This document shows, one piece after another, positions 26,156 through 38,410 of a stretch of DNA of 64,000 nt. Origin of the DNA: Octopus sinensis (taxonomy: Eukaryota); assembly GCF_006345805.1 (NCBI RefSeq), contig NC_043000.1, positions 127,472,001 through 127,536,000 of the forward strand, written 5' to 3'. Both the position numbers and the translations under genes were made by a program. The notes under the pieces are model-generated. The model did no database searches and was not told the origin of the DNA. It saw only the letters and a list, made by a program, of their open reading frames with translations. The first letter of the stretch is position 1, and every line of letters begins with the position of its first letter.

Positions 26156-28550
26156 GTTTGATTTGCTAACACATTATCTTTTCGTTTTTAGGTTTACTGC
26201 GCTTTTGACAATTAAACATAAAAGCCACACTGTTTTGATCAGTTATTAGTGTGAAGTTACGTCCAAGAAGAAAATGAGACCATTTTCTCACAGATTCTAC
26301 AGTTGCTGTCACCTCTTTTTCAATACAAGAATGACGACGCTCATTTGGGTTGAGGGTTCTTAAAAAAATACGACTGGCTTTCTGTTTTGATGTAAAATGC
26401 CAGATATAGCTACCTCCGATGCGTCTGTTTCTATTGAGAAAGGAAGGCTTTCATGAATCACTTTTAAGGTAGTGTTTGCTAAATCATTTCATAAAGTTTT
26501 TAAACTTGATAAGGCTAGTTCATTCAAAGGAAAATATTTAGTATCAACCAACGGTTTTATCTTGTCAGAGAATTTGGGAATCCATTTAGAATAATACGCA
26601 AACAGACCAACAATTCGACTCAATGCTTTGTGGGTTCTAAGAATAGGTAGTTCTAGTAAGGGTTTTACCTGGTCAGGGTCAGGTTTCAAGTTACCATTTT
26701 GAATTTCATAACCAAGCAATCGTAGTGCTGTAAATGCATCTGGTTTCATTAAAAGTTAAATTACAGTCCTTAGCAACTTGAAGAAAATGCTTTAAATTTC
26801 GATCATGTTCTTCCTTCGATTTACCACACACAGTTACGTTGTTGATATATGCAAAAGTGGCTGTACAATTATGGCTTTTGATTATATTATCGATCACTCC
26901 CTGGAAACAGGGCACTACATTTGTAAGTCCGAAAGCAATACGTTTGCTTTGATATAATTTTCCCTGTGCTTCGAAAGCCGTATAAGGTTGATCTTCAACT
27001 GGAATCTCAACTTGATGATATGCACTTTTGAGATCTAGTGTGCTAAAATAATTAAATTGAGCTATTTTTGTGACCGTGTCATGCATATTTGGCAGTGGAT
27101 ATCCATCTAATTGCGTAAACTTATTTATAGTCTCGCTATAATCAATACACAGTCTCTTGTGATGATTTTCTCCTGATATTACCAATACCTGGGCTTCCCA
27201 GGGAGAAACACCCTGTTCAATTATCCCTTCTGCCAGATCTTGGCTTATAGCATCAGCAATAAATTTTTGATTATTGGCGGACTGTCTTCTTGACTTCGTA
27301 ACTATGGGTTTACAGTCAGAGTTTAAATTTTCAAACAACCTCAGTGTAATGTTACTTTTAATTTGTACATGTTGATTCTGTTTTAAAAAAAATTGTCCTA
27401 AAATCATATCTACCAACAAATTATTAAGTACCACCAGCTTTACTTGCTCGTAAATTCCTCCATGAAGTTCAATTGAACGATTTTGGGAACGATTTTCATT
27501 GACAGCCATGTTAATTCCATTCCTTTCAGACTTCACCACCAATTTGTTTTTCTTTGCAAAGTCTTTGCTAATATGATTCATAGTAGAGCCAGTATCAATC
27601 AAAGAAAATGCTTTCGCACCATCAACTGTTATTTTATAATTAACTTTAGTAGTAGCTCCACCTTGACATAAAGCCGCAGCGAAGTTGCCATCATCAAGAG
27701 CTGCTGATGTTTTATGAAAAATTTTACGGTTACCTGACCGGCTTCTTTAGCAAAATGACCAAAATATCCACATTTGTAACACTTGCTCTGCCTAGCAGGA
27801 CACTTAAACCTAGGATGAAATTCATTAGATTCGCAAAAGGTACAGGATTTTTTAGTTCGTTTTGTCGCTGCACAAGCTGTGTTTCTGTCAGGAATTGAGA
27901 TTTTGTCTTCTTCACGTGGAATAAATGTTGACAAACAGCTTCCATGGCTGTTTATAGCAGACTGACTGACTGCTATTATACACTTCGGAATTCCTTTGAG
28001 CAACTTCCAGCGAACGGGCTTGGTTAAATATTGCTTCTAAAGTTATCACCGCATCTTGAATATTTTCTAAAAGTCTAAGGCGAGTTGAAGATGATGTTAA
28101 TCCCGAGATAAATGCGTCACGAAAAGCTTCATTTTTGTGAGTCTCAGCGTCCATAGCTCTGTACCCGCAATCCTTAGCTAGTCGTTTCAATTTCTGTAAA
28201 TTGTTTGCATGTTATTAAAAAGTGCCTCGCAAAAATAATGCTCAAAGGTTTCACATACAGTCTCTCCAGAGTTTGAATTGCTTCTGAGTAATTCTCACAT
28301 TCACTTACGAGTTCGTAAACGTCTTTATCTAGGTGTGCTATTAAACACCTAAGTTTGCTTTCATCAGTGATAGGCGGTTCAGCAGGAAATGATTCTAAAG
28401 AATTTTTAAAAGTTCTGAACCAATATTTCCATTCTTTTCACGTTTGACTCGAACTTGGATCAGTGGTGAACAAATTTGGTTTTATAGATTTGCTGTCCAT
28501 TCTCTCTCTTTCTCTAGCTGTATTTTTTTTTTTTTTTTAGTCGATTAAAT

Positions 28551-28882
28551 TGTTATAAACCCAAACTCGAATATCAAAGTTTAAAAGGTCTTAATCGACT
28601 AAAAATACTGCAATATACTAACAAAGATTGCTAAATTGTAAGCAAAATACTAACAAAGATTGCTAAATTGTAAGCAAAACCGAACTTCAACGCAATAACA
28701 TTTTTCATGCAGCGAGTTTCTACATTCTCGACTAAAAATCAACGCTGAACATGTCGTCTGCATTCTCACGAACGCTGAATATGTCGTCTGCAAACAGAAC
28801 AGAACTCCGCGCAGTCGCAGTGCAGGCATATAACAGCAATCGAGACAATCAAAATCACGTAATCAAAACTAAAATCGCAACA
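28551..28882 (-). repeat. Putative 5' LTR of the Gypsy element (332 bp, TGTT...AACA)
   Basis: Minus strand begins TGTTGCG and ends TATAACA, 50 bp before the gag ATG; internal ~33-bp and ~30-bp tandem duplications; CpG-richer than the flanks. No second LTR in the window to confirm the ends. Confidence 0.7.
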
Positions 28883-29035
28883 ATAATGTAATTTTGGATA
28901 TTTTTATTCTATTTTTCTCGCTTATCTATATGGATAAATGAATTTATGAAGAATGAGTTCTCTCCCTTAATTAAACTTTCGTTAATGCTGAGCTCTGATG
29001 TTAGCGACTGAAGCTTTGGCACTTACTAAAATTAA

Positions 29036-29241
29036 CCCTTTTGATACCAACCTGACCAAAACCGCCTCTGGCTCTGTAGAACAAATGTCTTGCTTTCATA
29101 AGTATTGAATTAAAATCTTCCACCAAACCTTAGTCACAATTTATGTTCCCAACTCTAGCTTAATGACAACTAAGTTATTTTACTAAATTCTTTGTTATAT
29201 TTAAAATTAATTGAATGAAAATAAATACGGTAATGAAAGGG
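29036..29241. mobile_element. piggyBac-type MITE with TTAA target duplication
   Basis: TTAA|cccttttgatacc ... ggtaatgaaaggg|TTAA; imperfect 13-bp TIR. Confidence 0.8.
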
Positions 29242-30950
29242 TTAAAGAGGCGGGCTGGCAAGATCGAGACAGTGAGAGGTTGACTTTGTCTTTCATCCTT
29301 TCGGGGGTCGATAAATTAAGTACCATTTACGCACTGGGGTCGACGTAATCGACTTAATCCGTTTGTCTGTCCTTGTTTGTCCCCACTATGTTTAGCCCCT
29401 TGTGGGCAATAAAGAAATAAGATCGAGACAGTGAGCTGGTAGAATAATAAAAACGTCAGACAAAATGCTTAGTAGCTTTTCTTTATGTTCAGAGTTCGAA
29501 TTCCCCCGAAGTCAATTTTGCCTTTTTATCCGCTCAGGGTTGATAAAATAAGTACCAGTTGAGCATTGGGGTCAATTGTAATTGGCTGGAATCCTCCAGT
29601 AAAATTTCAGGCCCTCTGCTTGAGCTAGCAGAATTGTTAGATGCTAGACAAGATGCTTGGTGGCATTCCGTCTGTCTTTACATTCTGAGATCAAATTCCT
29701 CTGGAGTAGACTTTGCCTTTCATCCTTTCAGGGTCGATGAAATAAATACCTGTTGAGCACTGGGGTCGATGTAATCGACTCGTACCCTTCTCCAAAATAG
29801 CAGAAGGGATTGTTGTTGTTGTTGTTACCGTCGCCATCTTGTTATAAACTTATTCTTTTCTTATATTTAATTTTACTGAATTACAGTTATAGGACAGCAA
29901 CCAGCCATGCTGTAGCACTTCTTTCAAAGGTTTCAGTTGTATCAACTAAATTGCTTAGTTTGATACTTGGTTTATTGAATGGCCAAAACCTTGAGCTGTG
30001 TCTCATTTTAGGAAGTTGCTTTCTTTCAAGAGGCAAACACTACACGAAATTTACACTGATATATATCAGTATACATAAACATACACAGACTTATACATTA
30101 ACATACATAAACACACACAGACTTATACATTGGCATACATAAACACACTCATATATACGTCAGCATACATAAACACACACACATACATTAATATACATTA
30201 AGACACATACACCAATATACATTATTATACATTATTTCGCTAGGCGAAATGCTTAGTGGTATTTCGTCTGCCATTACGTTTTGAGTTCAAATTCCGTCAA
30301 GGCCGACTTAGACTTTCATCCCTTCGGAGTCGTTTAAATAAGTACCAGTTACGCACTGGGATCGATGAAATCAACTTAATCCCTTTGTCTGTCCTTGTTT
30401 GTCTCCTCTATGTTTAGCCCCATACACCCCCATGTACATTACTGTATGTAAACACAAACACACACACATTAGCATGCATAAACACATACATATGCATTAA
30501 TATACCGAAAGACGTATAGAAATGTTTCGTTAGTATACATAAGCACACATATACACCCATATATGATACTTCTCAGGTACCAGCTACATTTAGATTTCAC
30601 TCATATGGCATTAGTCAATCCAATATTACAGTAGAAGGCATTTGACTGAAGTGCCATGCAGCAAGATGAAACCCAGAAACACATGGTGGTGAAATGAATG
30701 CCTGATTTGAATCAGGTTTGACCTGTGGCTCAACAACAAGAACAGCAACTTTGGCAGTGACAGGAGATAGTTCAGTCGCTTGAGCAGCTGAACAGTGAAA
30801 TAAATGAACTATCCATTGTTATTGCTCCCAATGTTTTAAACCTTACTGCATCAGAATTAAATATCCTCAGTTCTGTGAAAGTACACGAGACTTTTGAACC
30901 AAGTTATCTCATTTTTTATAGTAGGGTACTTTCCGGAAACCTCCACATTT

Positions 30951-31660
30951 CATCATCATCATCGTTTAACATCCGCTTTCCATGCTAGCATGGGTTGGAC
31001 GATTTTGACTGAGGGCTGGCGAGCCAGATGGCTGCACCAGGCTCCAATCTTGATCTGGCAGAGTTTCTACAGCTGGATACCCTTCCTAACACCAACCACT
31101 CCAAGAGTGTAGTGGGTGCTTTTTACGTATCACTGGCACGGGGGCCAGTTAGGCGGTACTGGCAATGACCTCATTCAAATCTCTTTACACGTGCCACTGG
31201 CACAGGTGCCAGTGAAGCGTCGTTGGTAACGATCACGCTCAAATGGTGCCCTTTTACGTGCCACGGGTATGGAAGCCAGTTGGTTGCTCTGGCAACGATC
31301 ACGCTCAGATGGTGCTCTTGGCACCCTACTAGCACAGGCATAAGTGTCAGTAAGGCGACGCTGGTAACAATCATACTCGAATAGCTGCTCTGTCAACGAT
31401 CACACTCGTATGGTGCTCTTTGCACACCGCTAGCACAGATGCCAGTCATCGAATTGATTTTGATTTTGATTTCACTTGCCTCAACAGGTCTTCGCAAGCA
31501 GAGTTTAGTGACCAAAGAAGGAAAAGGTACGCATAAGCGGGCTGGTAACGCTCCTGGCATAGGCCACAGGTTATGATCTCATTTGGCTTACCGGGTCTTC
31601 TCGAGCACAGCATATTTCCAAAAGTCTCGGTCGCTAGTCATTTCCTTTGTGAGACCTAAT
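30951..31660 (-). mobile_element. Retroposon family C: (GAT)n tail, conserved ~200-bp 3' body, internal VNTR
   Basis: catcatcatcgtttaac..tccgctttccatgctagcatgggttggac body; other copies at ~9781-10030, 11985-12280(+), 34524-34856, 40250-40462(+), 45115-45540, 59028-59500, 62107-62550, 63350-63490. Confidence 0.85.
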
Positions 31661-33221
31661 GTTGGCTCTGTGACTGGCACAAACTGATTAGACTTTTGGA
31701 TCGATCCAGTACCAGACAAGGATTCTGGATTATTTTTCCTGTTTTTTTACTTAATTTTTGAAAGCGGTCAGGTTCATTTTTAATATTCTCGTTTGTGAGA
31801 GCAGTCAAGTTTATTTCAGATATTTTCATTTTAAAAATCATCTCTGGCTAATCATTTGAAAGGACATTGGTGTTGCCTTGGCAGAGGTTTGCACTCACTG
31901 AGTGCTCTCATTTATACTTGTGATTATCTTAATTTTCTTTTACATGTCTATAACATTGCTATATAATGTTGCTATATCATAATTAGCAACACTACTAAGT
32001 ACAGGAGTAGACTAATGATTAGACTGGAAGCTGACTGAATAATGATTATCTATGTGGAGCTCTGACACATTCAGCAGTAGTTGCACATCTATCTGTACCT
32101 GCAAAGCTTTGATCTTTGCACTGTCAAAACAAAGGATTAAATCCAATAAAACACAAAATAACTAAAACTATCGACACATCCACTGACTAAAAAAAACTTC
32201 CTCTTTGTGAATCACTAAACAACAATCCCATGACCTAAAGGTGACACACCTAAATATACACACCCCTTTACAAAGTTCTACATGCATAATAGATTCTAAA
32301 CAATAGCATACCTGGAATTTAACCAATAAAAATTTCTCCAAAACACCTCTCTGTCACAACCCACCTGACAACCTAATTACCTCTGTCTGTGTGGGTGTAT
32401 ATTTATGTGTAGGTGTGTATTCTTATGTGTGCATTTGGCTTTGTGTGTATGTGTGTATGTGTTTGTGTGTATGTGTGTGTGCGCATGTGTCTCTGTGTTG
32501 GTGCATATGCACACTGATAAGCTGGAGAGCTGCGCCATGTTCCAGTTTATTTTTGACATGGTTTCCACGGTTGGATACCCTTCCTAATGCCAACCACTCC
32601 AAGAGTGTAATGGATGCTTTTTATGTGCCACCTGCACGGGTGCCATTTACATGACACTAGCAACAACCATGACTACAATTTCATGGATGCCACTTACATA
32701 ACAGTGGCAATGGTGACGAATAGTTTCACTTGGCTTGACGTGTCTTCTCAAGCAAGACAATTTAAAGCAAAACTTTTTCAAGGGCCCTTAAAAATACTAT
32801 TGTGAATCACCAATTTACTATTTGTTGTGTGATCCCTCAAAAATCTTATATGGACCCTAGTTGAGAACCACTGATCTAGCCAAAAGAATCATTATTACAA
32901 TTCTTACAAAAAGCATTTCTAAAAAAATATATGTATGAAGAAAACAACAATAAAAATATTTCTAAATTAATTAAAAAAATATACTCAGTGGATTTTCAAT
33001 CCTAAATCTTGTGAACCAGGAATTTTTAATTGTTGCATATTTACGCAGCATGAAGTCTCTACTGCGATAAATATGAAGCGGAAATACAACACCAGACATT
33101 TTAATTTCTTCTAAACATTACATTCAGAAATAATTAGGCAAAAATAAAGTAGTTTTCTCTTTATGAAACATTGACCTACTATCTATGATACAGTCTCATA
33201 AGTGTGGGCATGTTGTGTGAA

Positions 33222-33253
<32 letters not shown>

Positions 33254-33542
33254 TATGGGTGTATATTTGTGTAGGTGTGTATTCTTATGTGTGCATTTGG
33301 CTTTGTGTGTATGTGTGTGTGTGCGCATGCATGTGTCTCTATGTGTAGGTGCATATGCGCATCTGTGTAAACTTTCTTCTAATTAGTTTTGTTGTTTACT
33401 TTAGGCAACAGCCGACAAGTTTGCAACACAAGGGGTACCCTGTCTTAAGATTCTTTAGCGGTACCAACACAATCACTACTACTACCACCACCACCACCAC
33501 CACTACCACCACCACCACCACTACCACCACCACCAGTGCCAT

Positions 33543-33581
<39 letters not shown>

Positions 33582-34855
33582 AACCACCACCACAACCACC
33601 ACCACCATCACCACTAATACTACCACCACTACCACTGTGGCTGCTAGTAAGTCCACCAACACCACCACTAAAACAACAACAAAGAATAATAGGGGAATCT
33701 CTGCATGGTCATTCAACAAATAAGAAATAGCAGCTAAAATCTTCCTCAAATCACCTCCACTGTCTTTTAAAAAAAAATTCAGGGGAAAGACACATTAGAT
33801 AGTGTAGTCTGTACCACTGAAAAAAAAAACAGAAGGGTCACAGTTAAAATACCTTTGATCATAGGTATCCTAATTCGGGGTAACTGATTCTAATTTAGGC
33901 ACAAGGTCAACAGATTTAAGGAGAAGTGCAGGGGTGGCTGACTACATTGACCACAGTACTTAACTGATACTTTACTTTTATCAGATTTGGAAGGATAGAA
34001 AGCAAAGTTAACCACTGTGAGATTTTATCTTAGAATATAAAAAAAAATGGGAGCAAATACCATTCCAATAGTTCTGCTACTCCATCACCCTAACAGTAGT
34101 AAAGGTGGTGGTGGGAGATAGTAGTAGTGGTGGTGGTGGTAGTTAGTAGTAGTAGTAATAGTAGAGCTCTTCCTCTTCAACTTCACTTTTCTTTCGAAAT
34201 TGACCTTGAAAAAGTCAATGAAAACTTGACTGAAGAGGAAGGTGTTTGTCCTCAATCTTTTCAACTGTGTCCACCATACAACCACTTTTGCCATAATCAC
34301 TAGACCAGGGATTCTCAAACATTTTTTATCTATGGACCCCTTTGATTACTATTATATTCTTGAGGACCCCCACAGCCATTCAATCTTTAAAAACTTAGTT
34401 TTATGGAAACTTCTTTCAAAATTCCTATTTTGTTTTTCACACGTTAACTTGTGTAGTTTGAATTATATAATATGTTAGAGAAAGAAACTTAGCCATTTCT
34501 TGCAAAACATACTAACACATCATTATCATCATCATCATCATCGTTTAATGTCTGCTTTCCATGCTGGCATGGGTTGGATGGTTTGACTGAAGACTGGTAA
34601 GCCAGAGGCTGCACCAGGCCCAATCTGATCTGGCAAAGTTTCTACAGCTGGATGCCCTTCCTAACACCAACCACTCCGAGAGTGTAGTGGATGCTTTTTA
34701 CTTGAAACTGACATGAGGGCCAGTCAGGAGGTTCTGGCAAAAACCATACTCAAAAGGTGTTTTTACATACTACCTACACAGGAGCCAGTCCACACTCAAA
34801 TGTTTTTCAAGTGCCACCAGCATATGTGCCAGTAAGACAATGTTGTCAACGATCA

Positions 34856-36572
34856 TGAACTTTTTGAGTTGTTTTTTGACAAAGAGCTAGTTAATCAAAT
34901 TATCAATTAAAGTACAAAATATTCACTGTATAGAAACTGGCAAGATATAAGTGTGACTAAAGAAGAATTAAAAGTATTTTTTGCTATTTTGATAGTATCA
35001 GGCTATAATCCATTGCCTAGTAGAGCACAGTACTGGGCAACCAGTGATGACTTGAGGAATGTGGCTGTGTATGAAGCTATGAGAAGGGATCAATTTGATT
35101 TAATCATAAAATGCCTCCATTTTCAAGACAACAAAAGCTTGAACACAAGTGATAAATATACTAAATTGGACAACTAATTACACACTTGTAAGAAAAATTT
35201 TTGCAACATTTTATAACAAAGCAGTATATTTTGTGTGATGAAGCACAGATTGAGTACTTAGGGAAACACAGATGCAAATAATGCATAAGAAACAAGCCAA
35301 TAAGATTCAGATATAAGGTTTGGTGCCAAAATTCTTCTACTGGATAACTGATTGCCTTTGGTCTCTATCAGGGAAAAACATACCAAGGGAATGAGTCAGA
35401 TGAAATGAATTATGGCAAGTGTGCTGTGTCAGTATTGCATCTTCATGTGCAATATTGGGAAAAAAGAGAATTACTTTATCATATATATATATATATGGAC
35501 AATGTATTTATGTCAATAACTTTGTTTGAAAGATTAGTCACTTTGGGTTATAATGCTACTGAAACTGTAAGAAGAAATCGGCTAGGAAAACAGTGTCCAC
35601 TATTGTCTGTCACTTCTGTTAAAAAGCAAGAATGGGGATATATGGAGGCACACTCAGTTGAAAATAAACAAGGAAAGATAACACTCAATATTATTCAATG
35701 GCTAAATAATGCTGCTGTAAAACTGGTGTCAACCCAGTATAGTGATCAGCCAAAAGAGTTTGTTAACAGGTTGAGCACATCTCAAAAAAAAAGAGAGTAA
35801 GCGTGCCTATTCCTGAAGCAATCAAACGCTATATTTTCAAGGGAGGCACTGATCTTATGAATCAGAACATAAATGTATATCATGTGAGTATACATGACAA
35901 AAAGTGATGGCTTAGCATTTTTACTTGGTTGCTAGATGCCGCTATTCCAAATGTTTGGTAAATTCATAAAACATGTGGATTAAATATGAGTCAGCTTGAT
36001 TTTAAACAGGAGATAGCTATGACCTATTTGAAAAGATTTTGATGTAAGCCCAAAGGACGTGGAAGAAAACCAAGCAGACTACCTGGAGGAATCAATACGA
36101 ATTTTGATGGTCAAGATCATTTGGTTGAAAAAAAACCCTAATGGTAAAAGACAAAGAAGCTGTATGGCTAGACCTTTAATGCAATGCTGCAAGTGCAACA
36201 TAGGACTATGCTTGTCATGTTTTGCATCATACCACACAAAATAAGCAAATGTTGGTATAAAAACAATGATCTATATGTCTTGAATTAGACAGTAACTTGT
36301 GACTCATGTTGGCAGTGATAAACCAATGATTTGTACCAAAGATATTGGTTTGTGATTGTATTGTGAACATTTCATTTTATTCATTTACTCAATACAAATT
36401 ACTTAAATTGTACTTCTATAGCGTGCTATATATGGCACACACATTATTTCAAAAACGAAACAACTTTTCTCGGTCATATTTTCTGTAAGGTGTCTGTGTA
36501 ACATATAAAACATATAAAACTATTAAGTTTCATTCAAACAGGATAAAAAAAAAGAATTCAGGATAATATGGG

Positions 36573-36644
<72 letters not shown>

Positions 36645-36712
36645 GTCAGAAAAATTACCAAAAATTGGAATATGCACTCAATATATAAAATCTCAGAGTG
36701 ATGAAAAGTTAA
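34856..36712 (+). mobile_element. Degenerate piggyBac (PGBD-like) transposon, left part missing
   Basis: Fragments ELFELFFD, EELKVFFAILIVSGY, HFQDN, CDEAQIEY, KPIRFRYKVW, MDNVF, TVRRNR, GGTDLMNQ and C-terminal CCKCNIGLCLSCFASYH; several stops. Degenerate right end gatgaaaag|TTAA at 36709-36712. Confidence 0.9.
36574..36643. repeat. (AAT)n microsatellite, ~23 units
   Basis: Direct inspection. Confidence 0.95.
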
Positions 36713-38185
36713 GTTGACCTCAACAAGATCTGATTTCACAATTAGTATATGACAACATCAGCAATGTATACATGTGTGCATGTGTGTGTGTGTGTACATG
36801 CAGTCACACACACACACACATGTGATGTAGCATATTAGTAACAGTTAAATTTCTTCCTTTAAAAAGAAAAAAATTACTCTCCCTCACTGTCTCTTTTATT
36901 AAAAATATTTAAAATTCTTGAGTGTCATTAAACTCTAAAAGCTACCAGATTATTTACCACAGGGGATTAATAGATTCAAACAAATAATTAAAATTATATG
37001 ACCAAATTTCTCTAAAGTATTCATTGCTGCTGACACTGTGTCTTTAACCATTTATGGGCAAAGCCCTTCCCATGTCTTGCTCCAGTTTTCTCTCTCACTC
37101 TCCTAGCCACTGCCTAAAACATCCAAGCAAGTGTACATGCTCTGTTCTATTGAATATTCCTGACACTTATACATTTAATACTCTCTCACCATTGAGTGTT
37201 GTCATACGTTTAGTACTCTTTACACTTAGACACTAACCACTCTCTATTCTTACACTCCTATCCTCCCTCTGTGTCTCAACAATCCATTTCTGGCCTTTCT
37301 GCTCTCATTGCTCTTTCTTGTATTTCTTTCTTCCATCCACATACTTTGGGTTACTGAATACCTTGATATTAATGTCACAACAGAATGTATCCAGTATGCT
37401 CTTTGTAAAGTGGTTGGTGAAAGGAAAGGCATCCAAACAGGGAAACCAAGTCAAATGACAAGTACACACTCAAGCCTTTAGTAACAAAATACCCCAATAA
37501 GAAATGTCTCAGACAATGACAATCCCAAGCCAAAAGGGAAAGTGTATGCAATGTTAATGATGATGATGATGGTGATTAATTCAAGATGTAACCCACCACA
37601 GAAAGGCCATGGATACCTACTTCATCAAATGAGACTAGTACCATTATGTCTCTAGTCCTAACAGCATGGCATACTCTATGGGAGCCAGGGGGTCAGTATT
37701 GCTTGTTGATATGTCTATTTTCTGCCTCAGTAGGACCTGGAGGTAAATCTAATGGCTGGTTCTAAGTGTGGGGACATCACCTAGCTTTTTCCCAAGATCC
37801 ATTTAGCAAAATTCACAGCAGTAATAATATTCAGACAGAATTCCTGATATTTTCTCTGCCTGCAAAATAGTTGAGGGCTTTTGTGTTCTGGGTACCTAGT
37901 GACCTCACCGGTGCTGGTATCATGAACAAGAGCACCCAGGACTCTCTGCAAATTGGTTGGCATTCAGGAGGCTATACAGCTGTGGAAACCATGCCAAAGA
38001 AGATATTGGAGCTTGGCACACTCTTCTGGCTCATCGGTTCTTGGTGAACCATCCAAGTGATACCAGCATGAAAACAATGACGTTAATTATGATGATGTCC
38101 TACAGATGTTTAGGCCAAGCATCAACCAGACAAGCATAAGAGAACATGCAAGTCACAGATACTGCCACACTGATTATGTGGTTAA

Positions 38186-38410
38186 CCCTTTTGGTATCAA
38201 TGCACCTGAGACCACTCCTGGTTCAATAATATAAGCTTCTTGTTTTAAAGAGATCCAAAATAAAGTCTTCTATCAAAATTTCAAGTTAATTTACACTTCA
38301 ATTCCAGCTTATTAATGACAAAGGTTTTTTTTTTACTAAATTCTTTATTATTGTCCAAATTAACTAAAGCAAAAGCATTGTATTTCAACAGAAATATAGT
38401 ATCAAATGGG
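38186..38410. mobile_element. Second copy of the piggyBac-type MITE
   Basis: TTAA|cccttttggtatc ... gtatcaaatggg|TTAA; internal similarity to 29036-29241 (aaagtcttc, ttttactaaattcttt). A more decayed reverse copy lies near 25370-25560. Confidence 0.75.

Larger units (their letters stand above)
25733..28882 (-). mobile_element. Decayed Ty3/Gypsy LTR retrotransposon (5' LTR, gag, PR, RT, RNase H, start of integrase; 3' end missing)
   Basis: gag ATG at 28500 (MDSKSIKPNLFTTDPSSSQT*KEWKYWFRTF), AFRDAFISGL, Cys/His knuckles (CYKCGYFGHF), protease IDTGST, RT LDGYPLP/LDLKSAYHQ/FGLTN/YINN, RNase H ETDASEVAISG...TDQNSV, integrase HPGITRL...C..C and ERLSVDFK*PLP. Domain order PR-RT-RH-IN; many stops and frameshifts. 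Confidence 0.93.

Noticed and set aside
26489-28190. Gypsy ORFs as an active or domesticated gene
   Set aside because: Stops and frameshifts throughout, RT catalytic motif reads YINN, integrase truncated, 3' LTR absent.
33349-33749. Thr-rich mucin-like and poly-Val ORFs (also 46341-46664, 48926-49520)
   Set aside because: Compound trinucleotide microsatellites, open in several frames on both strands, with no splice context.
34953-36244. piggyBac ORFs as a domesticated PGBD gene
   Set aside because: Multiple in-frame stops and frameshifts, and the N-terminus is missing.
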